A program made the position numbers and the translations under genes. This document shows positions 1 through 10,400 of a DNA stretch of 34,263 bases, in pieces. How positions within the stretch are numbered: position 1 is the stretch's first letter; each line of letters opens with the position of its first letter. Origin of the DNA: Perkinsus olseni (taxonomy: Eukaryota); the NCBI GenBank assembly GCA_013115125.1, contig JABANN010000377.1:1-34263 (forward strand), read 5' to 3'. Below the pieces are notes generated by a model. The model had not been told where the DNA came from. It was given only the letters and a program-made list of their open reading frames with translations, and made no database searches.

Positions 1-227
1 GGAGGATCCTGAGTCAGACGGTCTGACTTCCAAGGGCAATGCGCGCAGTTCATGCAACTGCACGCAGGATGATCGGCCATAGTTCCTCGCTGATCCGATT
101 TAGTGACGGGATAATCCGCAGCCTCGCAAGAGGGCTAGCGATAAATCCGCTGTAGCTTGAGTGTGTGACATTAACCGCGAGTCGGATACCGTAGTGCTCT
201 ATAATTTCTTTCACTGTATTCCTCTCA

Positions 228-1172
228 ATGGCTGAGTACAAGCTTCATTATTTCGACGCTCCTGGTGCCGCCGAGCCCATTAGGATTGCATTTGCCGTCT
301 CAGGTGGTTTTGGTGTTTTGGCTCCGTACGTTGCTCCTGTCTCGTAAACACTCGATGTAGCATGATGTCACGCATACCTCTCAATGTGACTTTATCTGTT
401 GTTGCTAAGCAGCGGATGATGTTCTTTAGGTATTCCTTTCGACGATTGTCGAATTCCTTTCGCTGAGTTTCCTGCTAAGAAGCCCGAGTTCCCTCTCGGG
501 CAAGTTCCCGTGTTAGAGCTCAAGGATGGCACCATGATTACCCAGGGATTCGCTATTCTTCGTTACGTCGGATCTGTAAGTCGTCGTAGGTGTCGTTCTT
601 TTTGTCGCACGGTGGAAGTGACCTTCCTTTCCAGTTAAATCCTTCTGTCGGCCTTTACCCCCAGTCCGATTTGATGAAGCGCCTTCGTATTGACGAGCTC
701 ATGGATATGGTCAAGGACATCCAAGTCAAGACAGCTGCTTCCATGAAGATGAGCGAGGAGATGAAGATGCAAACTCGCAAGGTGCTCCACTCAGTGGTAT
801 GATTGCTCGGCCAAGTTGAGCCGTGATTATTCGCAGGCTCTTGCCGAAGAAGAGATTCCGTTCGTGTTTGGCAAGGTGAATGAAATGATTGGTGATAAGA
901 AATTCGCTACCGGTGATAAGATGACTATTGTCGACCTGGTAAGTGTCCGGGTTTCTCTTTACCTTGCAATGCAGATGTGACGCAGGTCGGTCATCGTACG
1001 TCTTCAGTTACTGACCAACATGATGGAGGTTTTCACCAGCGGCTATATTGATGGTTACCCAACAACCCTTTGCGATGCCTACACAAATTTGAAACGTATC
1101 CAGTCAAACGTACACGCCGACCCCAGGGTTACCGCATGGAGGGAGAAGCGGGAGGTCAGCGCCAGCTCTTAG
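228..1172 (+). CDS. Glutathione S-transferase (sigma/HPGDS-like), copy 1; 5 exons
   Basis: Spliced translation MAEYKLHYFDAPGAAEPIRIAFAVSG|IPFDDCRIPFAEFPAKKPEFPLGQVPVLELKDGTMITQGFAILRYVGS|LNPSVGLYPQ...KMTIVDL|...DPRVTAWREKR. It shows the GST N-terminal YF motif, GQVPVL cis-Pro loop and TxxD N-cap. Four GT-AG introns (first 304-429). Stop TAG at 1170-1172. Confidence 0.93.
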
Positions 1173-1689
1173 TTTCCCACCTTGCATTCCGTGCGGTAGT
1201 CGAGTCGAGTAAGTCGACGAAAGTTTTGGTATTCTTTTGATCATGTGTGATTTTCCCTATCCAAGCTCTGTGTTTTCCATGGGGGCCTTTGCTGCAAAGC
1301 TAGGATGCACAGGCGGCTCTACAATTGGGCTGCTCCGCTTGGCGACAGTGGCAGACTGCTACTGGCAGTGTGTGAGAGCGATTATGTTTGAGTCATTGGT
1401 TATAGGTGTTCACATTGTGTATATTGCTTCAGTGAAGCAGCGAATCTCGACATGTCGTTTTAGGCCTTCTTGGAACGTTTGTATTTTCTGTTACCACTGC
1501 GAAGCTGCGAGAGCTGCTAGACCGACTGTTCGCTTTACATTGCTAATCGTGCAAGCTCAGTACCTCGTCTGGGTAACCTTTGCGTGACTCACTAAGTGTG
1601 AGGTTGAACTTTTTGAAGGTTTTTGTTCACGGATGTATAGTTTTTGCACTCCTCTCTCGTAGGCTTTTACCCATCCAACTATCCGTCAA

Positions 1690-2554
1690 ATGGTTCTCAA
1701 ACTACACTATTTCGACATCGCTGGTGTGGCTGAGGCCTGCCGTCTAGCCTTTGCAATCTCAGGCAAGCCTTCGCTCTGTACACTATAAACCTGATGAGGT
1801 TCCATGCAGGCATCGCATTCGAGGATGTCCGTATCAAGCCTGCTGACTGGCCGGCCAAGAAGGAGGCGAACGTCTATCCAATGAACCAGCTGCCTGGGTT
1901 AGAGTTTGAGGATGGCACCATGGTCTGCCAGTCTAGCGCGATCCTGCGCTATATTGCATCGGTGAGGAGAATCCAGGGCAATGAATTTATTCTCACCCCT
2001 CATTTTTTGCTTAGCTTAATCCTTCGGCTAACTTTTACCCTGCGGATATTCGAGAGAGGCTCCGCGTGGACGAGATGCTGGGCATAGTTGCCGACGTACG
2101 AGCTAAGATCGGAGCGACCATATACATGACCGATGAGTCTCAGAAGGAAGCTGCTCGCAAGGTGATGCGAATGGCTTGTTACTACTTTCGTCGTGCTGGA
2201 GCGGTGGCTTCACGCATAGGTCCTGGCTGAGGAGACACTCCCTTTCTACCTGGCAAGGATCGAGAAGATCATCGATGGTCACAAGTTTTCTGTTGGGGAC
2301 AATCTGAGCATCGCTGACTTGGTAGGTGCACTGAGAAATCCTGGAGTATTATGAGCCTGCTCCCTCCACTCCACGTACCCCTATTTCAGGAATTGGTCGG
2401 AATGTTGGAGTGGTTGGCTTCGGGAGTCCTCTCTGGGATCCCCATTGATATAGTCGACGGTTATCCCCATCTATCGAAGCTTCGATGCCTCGTTGGAGAG
2501 AACCCAGCTGTCTTCCTATGGAGGGAAAAACGCGAGATAAAAACCCAGAACTAA
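1690..2554 (+). CDS. Glutathione S-transferase (sigma-like), copy 2; 5 exons
   Basis: MVLKLHYFDIAGVAEACRLAFAISG|IAFEDVRIKPADWPAKK...MNQLPGLEFEDGTMVCQSSAILRY...LSIADL|...WREKREIKTQN*. Same four intron positions as copy 1. The first intron (1763-1809) is GC-AG. Confidence 0.92.
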
Positions 2555-3490
2555 GACAATCAATGGTCGTTAACTTTATTATTCTTCTTTCCTCCATCCG
2601 AGTCGCGAAGTTCTTTTGTTCTCTTGACAAGGACGATTGATTGCCCTGTGAGCTATTCCCGTTGTTGAGTTTTGGATCAAGAGGATCTATCGCCAACAAT
2701 AGCCCAGTGTATGCATTTCCTCCGGTGCTCGAAAGTGGAAGAGTTGCCGGTTGGATTGCGAGTGGAGTCACTGTGACTCTGTATACCCCCACCCGAGGCT
2801 CAGCGTTTGTTTCTATCAGGGCGGTGGGGTCTTTTCTGCCATGAGGTAATGTCAGCACTGGTGATTCAACTGTTGAATTTCAGCAGCGTGTGCGCCTGCG
2901 TGCGCTGTGCACGCGAACACATTATGAGCACAACCGGCTATGTGTTGTATTCTTCTTGCTCGATGAGTAATACTCACACGTGGAACACAAGGCCAAAGGG
3001 AGATTTTGAGATGGATCTTATGTAAGAGCTATTGTCCAGACTGCTCTGCACGCATAAACACAGACGGAGCGTAACACTATGTCGCCACCAATTCACGGTA
3101 CTTGCGTATCGAATACCGCATCGCATAATGTATTTCGGCCTCTGGGCGAAACTCAGGCGAGCGCCCTTGTCGTGACGCGGGCCCTCACAGGCGAGCGAAG
3201 TACCATGCTGAATCTAAGCTTAACCGGCAGCTCCCAAGTTAATCTCAACTGAGACCGTCTGATTCGGTCAGATCGCTACCAGATAAGAAGTTCTCGCCCC
3301 GCCCGTTCTGTGAAACACAAAAAAATACAGTTATCTGGGAAAACCTCTCCCCTTCCTCTGGGAACTTCCTCCCAGGAACGTGAAGAGTTGTACGCGGGAG
3401 TGAAGAACCGGTGAAGTCCATAGCTGGGATGGCATTCTCGGTACGGAATTGGATTCCTCGTAGTTCGCTGCTTTTGGGCTTCGACTTCTC

Positions 3491-4430
3491 ATGGTTCTCA
3501 AAGTGCATTACTTCGATGCCCTCAATCGCGGTGAGCCAATCCGCTTGGCTCTCGCCATCTCAGGTGAGTCTTAACTCAGTGACACTGAGCCAGTGTGCCT
3601 CATGCTTTCGCTCAGGCATCAAGTTTGAGGATGTTCGTATCAAACCTGATGACTGGCCGGTCAAAAAGGCGGCAAACGTCTATCCTATGAACCAGTTGCC
3701 TGTGCTGGAGTTCGAGGATGGCACCATGGCGACTCAGTCTACTGCCATCCTGCGCTATGTTGGATCGGTAGGGAAGTCCGAGGCCTTACATAGGTCATTC
3801 CGAGTCCTTGATTAACTCACTTTGCTGCTGCTTTAGTTGAAGCCCTCCATCGGGTTGTATCCCGCTGATATCCTGCAGAGGCTCCGTGTTGACGAGATGC
3901 TGGGGATTGTCACAGACATTCACGCTAAGATAGGGGCCACGGTTCTTATGACCGATGAAGCTCAGAAGGCTGCCGCCCGCAAGGTGAGCGCCAGAGCGCC
4001 TTTCTGCCCTCTGCGTACTTGGATGAGCGATGTACTAGCTTTTCTTTTCTGAGAGCGTGCGATTACTTGAGGTTTTGTTTTTCCATTTCTGGTGCTTTAC
4101 TTCCCCACAGGACTTGGCTGAGAAGACTCTGCCGTTTTACTTCACGAGGATTGAGAAGATCATGGGTGGTCACAAGTTCTCAGCTGGAGACAGTTTGACA
4201 ATCGCCGACTTGGTAGTCATCATTTTCGTACCGGGTATGAGCGTTCACGAGTACTCGCTTCTCTTCAGGATCTGGTCGGAGTTATCGAGTGGTTGGCCGC
4301 CGGGGTCCTCACTGGGATTCCGGCTGACATCATCGACGGCTTTCCTAAGCTGGTGACCCTTCGCAAGCTAGTTGGTGAGGTGCCAGCGGTCTCTTATTGG
4401 AGGGAAAAGCGAGAAGTCATGCCACAGTAA
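3491..4430 (+). CDS. Glutathione S-transferase (sigma-like), copy 3; 5 exons
   Basis: MVLKVHYFDALNRGEPIRLALAISG|IKFEDVRIKPDDWPVKK...MNQLPVLEFEDGTMATQSTAILRYVGS|...LTIADL|...WREKREVMPQ*. Closely similar to copy 2, same intron positions. Stop TAA at 4428-4430. Confidence 0.93.
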
Positions 4431-4705
4431 TCACTACCGAGTAGTGATATGAGTAATCTCCCATTTCTTAATTTTATCTGAGACATGTTGGACCGGAGGA
4501 TTCGAAGTTACGATCTCGAGGACGTTTTATTGTTTGAACTTCTCAATCCATGCGGGGCCATATTGAGTTCAAGTATCAAGTTGAGTGCGATACTTAAAGA
4601 GGAAACTGGGGGGAAGCTCGGCGAAAACAACGGAAGATGATGGTCTGGAGTCCAGAGTCTGGACACCTGTTCCAGGGCTTGTCACACCCTATGATGGGGA
4701 CATTG

Positions 4706-5958
4706 ATGTTGCTGTGTAACCACTGATGGTGGCGCGGGTCGATAAACCGGTGTGGTAGCGTAACCACCGATGGTGACACGGATCACCGCAACAACGTGGT
4801 AGCGTAACGACTGATGGTGACACAGATAAATACACCGGCATGGTAGTGTAACCACCGATGGTGACACGGATCACTGCACCGAAGTGGTAGTGTAACCACT
4901 GATGGTGACACGGATCACCGCAACAACGTGGTAGCGTAACGACTGATGGTGACACAGATAAATACACCGGCATGGNNNNNNNNNNNNNNNNNNNNNNNNN
5001 NNNNNNNNNNNNNNNNNNNNNNNNNNNNNNNNNNNNNNNNNNNNNNNNNNNNNNNNNNNNNNNNNNNNNNNNNGTAGTGTAACCACTGGTAGTGACACGG
5101 ATACATACACCAATGTGGTAGTGTAACCACTGATGGTGGCACGGATAAATACACCTGCGTGGTAGTGTAACCACCGATGGTGACACGGATCACTGCACCG
5201 AAGTGGTAGTGTAACCACTGGTAGTGACACGGATACATACACCAATGTGGTAGTGTAACCACTGATGGTGGCACGGATGCATACACCGAAGTGGCTGCGT
5301 AACCACTGATGGTGACACAGATAAATACACCGGCGTGGTAGTGTAACCACCGATGGTGACACGGATCACTGCACTGAAGTGGTAGTGTAACCACTGATGG
5401 TGACACGGATCACCGCAACAAAGTGGTAGTGTAACGACTGATGGTGACACAGATGAATACACCGGCATGGTAGTGTAACCACCGATGGTGGCACGGATCA
5501 CTGCAACAAAGTGGCAGTGTAATCACCGATCGTGACACGGATCACTGCAACAAAGTGGTAGTGTAACGACTGTTTGTGACACAGATAAATACACCGGCGT
5601 GGTAGTGTAACCACCGATGTTGACACGGATCACTGCACCGAAGTGGTAGTGCAACCACTGGTGGTGACACGGATACACACACTGATGTGGCAATGTGACC
5701 ACTGGTGGTGACACGGATGCATACACCGATGTGGTAGTGCGACCACTGGTGGTGACACGGATCACTGCACCGAAGTGGTAGTGTAACCACTGATGGTGAC
5801 ACGGATCACCGCAACAAAGTGGTAGTGTAACGACAGATGGTGACACAGAAAAATACACCGGCGTGGTAGTGTAACCACCGATGGTGACACGGATCACCAC
5901 TGGTGGTGACACGGATGCATACACCGATGTGGTAGTGTGACGACTGATGGTGACACTG
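4706..5958. repeat. 44-bp tandem minisatellite array (roughly 26-28 units), interrupted by an N gap
   Basis: Unit consensus GTGGTAGTGTAACCAC[CT]GATGGTGACACGGAT plus a 12-nt variable tail (CACTGCACCGAA, CACCGCAACAAA, AAATACACCGGC, ACATACACCAAT, GCATACACCGAT), repeated head to tail. Confidence 0.95.
4976..5073. other. Assembly gap (98 N) inside the tandem array
   Basis: Run of N flanked on both sides by array units. True array length is unknown. Confidence 0.99.
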
Positions 5959-6608
5959 ATAGACTATCCTCCACAGTTCCACATAGGCGACGGGGGTCCC
6001 TTGTCGACTTGACAGAAGTGGCTCAGTCCATTACTTTGAATCGAGTCTCACTCAGTTGATTTTTTGCTCCAATGGCAACGCACCGGTGGCCATCGAAGAC
6101 TGCGTTCACGCCAGGATTATCCCATAAGAGGAGTTCGGTATTACAGATCGAATACTACATATTGAAAATAATGCTAAGGAAAGGATCCTTTCCGAGCGGA
6201 TGAGGTCACGCCTGTACGGAATCTATGAAAACTCGTCACTCTGTGCTTTGTTCTGAGCTAGAAAATCCCGTAACTAGCTGTTGATGTGCGGATCTCTTCG
6301 AGATATATGCTGGTTGAGCTCTACGGGTCCTAACTTCAGAGCTTACGAGAATGGCAAAACTCGGCTGTGCCTATATCACTCTCGGCCTGAGGCATTGATC
6401 AGTATGCCGAATCAGAACAAAGTACGCAGTAACGTAGTAACCATCGATATGCGCTAAACCGGTCCAGAGCTTCGACAATCCTTTCGGAGCGATGAGAAGT
6501 GTCGAACCTCTCGTTGCGTTAACAACGCTTCTCTATTTCGAGTCAAAAGGTGTTCCTCATCTCATCTCCTCAGCCTGCAAGGAATGGGCAGAAAAGAGAG
6601 CAATTGTC

Positions 6609-7073
6609 TCATTTTTGGCTTGCCGAAGTGTGGAGTAAAATTGATTGGCCACAGCTTCGCCACATCGTCGGTAACGAGCCGTCACTGACACGACTACGTA
6701 AATCAGTGATCGTAGCGTGAAGTCTCCTTTTTTCATCCACCCAACTTAGCAATGGACCAAGGCCATGGGGAGTGTTATCAATGCACAAATCATCTGAGGG
6801 TAGCCACCAAACCAAACCACTGCCTACCAGGAAGGCTTCAAGTTGAAGTGACGATGCCACATGAGAGAAGGCAGTCTATTAGGCATACCCAACAATAGGA
6901 AATTACAGAGAGTGGAAGCCAATTTCCGAGCTTCGACGATATCCTTGATGAGACACGGAAAATTATCTCGTGAACTCATCGTCTGAACTCACCGTGTTGC
7001 TGAACCTCAACTCGACGGTAATATCGTCTAAATGCATAACTGTGGTAGTGATACTATCATAGCCAAGCGTCAT
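6609..7073 (-). CDS. Hypothetical spliced protein or gene remnant with a hydrophobic segment
   Basis: Minus-strand exons join in phase: MTLGYDSITTTVMHLDDITVELRFSNT|(gtgagt..aag)DIVEARKLASTLCNFLLL|(gtatgc..aag)AFLVGSGLVWWLPSDD...ASQK*. No recognisable domain. Further degenerate exon-like segments lie at about 6340-6580. Confidence 0.3.
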
Positions 7074-7442
7074 AATATCCCTCTGGGGATATTATTCGCC
7101 GTGTTTCAGTTGTGTTCGAAAAGAACATACTCGTGCGATGCATCATAGCAAGAGCTGGGGCCAGAGAGGCACATGGATTTCCCGTTTATTGGAAAGGCCC
7201 GCCACTTCCTCGAAGCTGAGATTTCCCCCACTTGCATCCCACGCAACTGAATCTGTCTGAATTTGTATCACACAAGCCCGCAGGTTCTCAAGAAGAGAAG
7301 CGTTGGGCTCTCGTCCCATGGAGAGCCCTACTCTGTAGACCTACTGAATAACACAACAGCAGTGTAGAGAATCTAGGCTCTTATAAATCAGGTGGAATCA
7401 CAATCTTAGCAGATCAAAAACTGCGTGAGGAAACTAACGGCT

Positions 7443-10400
7443 TCAAAGGCGGGTTGCAGTTATCTTCCATAATGTACTGTTTGTTTGTCCTTCGACACCG
7501 AGGCAACACGCAGAAGCCTTCGCCCGTGACGACTTCTTCGCATGAGCAAATGCCGTGACACAATCACGAACGAGCCTGACATTTTTTCCATCGGAGGCTG
7601 ATTCAGCCTGGCTGCAGCAGCTCGAACTTACGGCTCCTCCGGTAAGTCCGTCACTCCCAGCTCTCTAGCCTGCGTTAGTGCTAGTTCCGCCTGCGAGAGT
7701 GCCTCCGAAACATCAGTCTTGCCGCCCACTCGGAACTTGCCTAGTGCTTCATGTGTACCTACCCTCTGGCAAATCTCATCTACAAAAGCCATAGCGAATG
7801 TGTATACCGGTTATGACGAAGTCTCCAATGCTGGTTCGATCACGGCCACGGGTGGAGTCTGGCGCGGGAGTCTGGAAAAATACCAAGCAGTTGTCGTGCT
7901 CGTCATGGATGGCCGTTTCTCACCGTTGGAGGGCGCTTGATATGAATACCACGCTCTCTAGAGCTGAGCTGCTTCATGCCAAGTGCCGATCGTATGATAA
8001 AACGAAGATGTGTAACTCTGCCATTAAACATCAGCTGCAGGCGCGTCTTCTATGTAGCCCTACTGTGTCAACTTATCGATGAGCTCACTCTCCCTCGAGC
8101 ATCGAACGGGCGTTGTGTTAACTATTACGTCGTTGAGCAGGTCAAAGAGCCTCTCGAACTTGATGGGCTCTTCGCCGTCAAGTAAGCTTTCGACCCGAGT
8201 CTCCCAGGGGTCCCCACAGCGTTCCTTGAGGCCGAGGAGCCAATCTGCATTAGGCGGCTCCATCGGAAACCTCCATGGGATGCCCTCGGACTCTCGCTCC
8301 TCTAGGATGGATGAAATTGTCGATATATCCACTCGAAGCGCCAAGGCGCTGCGAGGGGAGGATGGTGATGATAATGTACTGTTGTTGTCGATAGAAGACG
8401 TGCCAGGCGACCTGAAGTAGGCTAACTGTGCCACACAAGTGCGAAGACGCCTACAAGAGTACTTCTTGCTCTTCCACGACTTCATAGCGTTCTGCTTGGC
8501 CCGTCTCTCTGGCCGGGTGGGTGTGAGTTCACCTTCGCTCTTCATGCACTCTAGATCGTCTGAATGGAGCTCGTGTGCCGTGGGAGTTGAAGGAGCCTCT
8601 CCGAGGTATAGTGCAACCGAGCGGTGTACTCTCGTTATCTTGCGGTACCACGCCCTCCATCTCTTGAAGCGGCGTTGACAACCTGAAGAGGACTTGCCCG
8701 ATTGGCGATGAGCATTTCTCCCACATCCGAGTATCTTAGAGAGGTCGTCCGAATCGAGAAGGTTGTGGATTAGTTTGGACGCCACTGGATGGCCGCAGCA
8801 TGCTCCAATGTGTAGGTTGCAATACACCATCCTATTCAAGACAGGAGGAGATGTCCCGCCCTTGGTGATGGAGACGAGCACCAACCCGCAGTCCCTGCAC
8901 TCCCCAGCGACGATCGAACAGAACTGGCGGCAGATGCAGCATATCGCACCATCAGCCTCTCGAATATACCAGTCGTTAGCTATGTTCCTGGACAAGCAGT
9001 CCGCAGCGTCCTCACAGCGGAGGGTCCCTACCTTGATGCTGGTGAACCGGTGCTCCTAAAGCCGAGAGGGGACACAGTCCGACGGGCTCTCGAGGTGTTG
9101 ATGACGAGCCATGGCTTATCCGGGTCGATTCGGGCGAGGATGTCGCTAGACGATCGGGGGGAAGCTGTTATGGCCTGAACGTGGCGAACATTGCGAGCGT
9201 AGAAGACGACCGCAGCAGTCTCACCTTCGGAGTCACCGTGCGCTGTTTCTTGATGTACTGAAGGTGCCTCATGGCCTGCAGAGCCAACAGGGGGTGCATG
9301 TCCTCTCCGGTGGCGTAGACGCGGCAGATGTTGATGACCAAATCATCGAAACAGAAGATGGGCCGTCGGCACAGTTGTGTGTACGCCCGGCCTGATCCCA
9401 GGCGATTCTTGCCTCTCAACAGCTGAGTAGTAGCAGTGCCTTACACGCCACTGAGCCCATCGTTATCCAGTCCCTCGCAGGGACATTGACTGCTTCTGCG
9501 AGATTGACGCCGGCGTTGAGACCACCATGATAGGCGCCCGGCAAGGTGAGGACGATATCCCCTGCGAGCGACTATTCATCGCAGAGGAGGATTGCCCTTG
9601 CCCTCACCCGGTCGCTGCACGCCTCGTGTAACCAGCAGGCCTTGGGTGAGCAGCATCTTGGGGTCCATCATAGTCGTCATGTGCTGCAGGAGGGATGCCA
9701 TGAACGACTCGGGGAGTCTCCGCTCACTTGTGTCAAGTCCGGAGAGGAGTTAAACAGCGTCGGCAGTTCCCTTCTGAAGAGGTCCTCCATGGCCCCCGCT
9801 TGCCGACCAGGAACGCTGTACCTGACGGAAGGGCGATGAGCAGCGGGCCGCGTGAGGAGGCATGACCAGATCTTGGCCGCTCCCGCGTGGTGGCAGTTGA
9901 TACTGTAAAGATACTGGTCCTCCGCGTGCCAGCAGAAAGCACTCAACGCCTGCTGGGGAGGATGATGCAAAGAGCCAGAGGATGAGCGTACCGATCCTAG
10001 ATACACCCAAGGTCGAGTGACGCCGGTGATGTCGAGTGGGCTCCCGCTGTGAGAGGGCAGATACTCGTTGAGGACGCTGTCGGGAAGCAGAGGGAGGGTC
10101 CCTGCCAATGGCGCCTTGCATTATCCCAGGCGATGGCAAGAGCTCACGGAGAGACCATTGTTCCCCTTCTGCAAGGAAGTAGGGCGACCCAGCCCTTGGG
10201 AAGGCGTTGCTCGAAACCTCAGCTGAGTCGAGGTCATTGCCGTACCTGCTGGGGACTCCGGGAGAGGAAACTACACAGTGTAGCTCACCAGATGTCATCA
10301 CAGGCTGCTACTGCCTCTGGACTGTCGTGTTGAGCCGAGCCACAATTAACAACCCTCCAGAAGACCTCTTCCACAGCCGATTCTTCCGGGTGAGCTGCTC

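Noticed and set aside
2349-2858. 169-aa antisense ORF, and a GWIASGV segment near 2750 resembling GST exon 5 (WLASGV)
   Set aside because: The ORF overlaps GST copy 2 in antisense and has no domain signal. The peptide similarity is too short to support a fourth GST relic.
4594-5924. Repetitive minus-strand ORFs (SPSVVTLP..CHHQWLHYH..)
   Set aside because: They arise in all three frames from a 44-bp unit that is not a multiple of 3, have scattered stops and lack credible ATG starts. They are a by-product of the satellite.
4706-5958. CRISPR array
   Set aside because: The variable parts are only about 12 nt, are reused repeatedly and are related to one another. There are no cas genes and the context is intron-rich eukaryotic DNA.
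7830-7850. tRNA T-loop-like GGTTCGATC (also near 19910)
   Set aside because: No complete T-stem, acceptor stem or cloverleaf. Both lie within protein-coding genes on the opposite strand.
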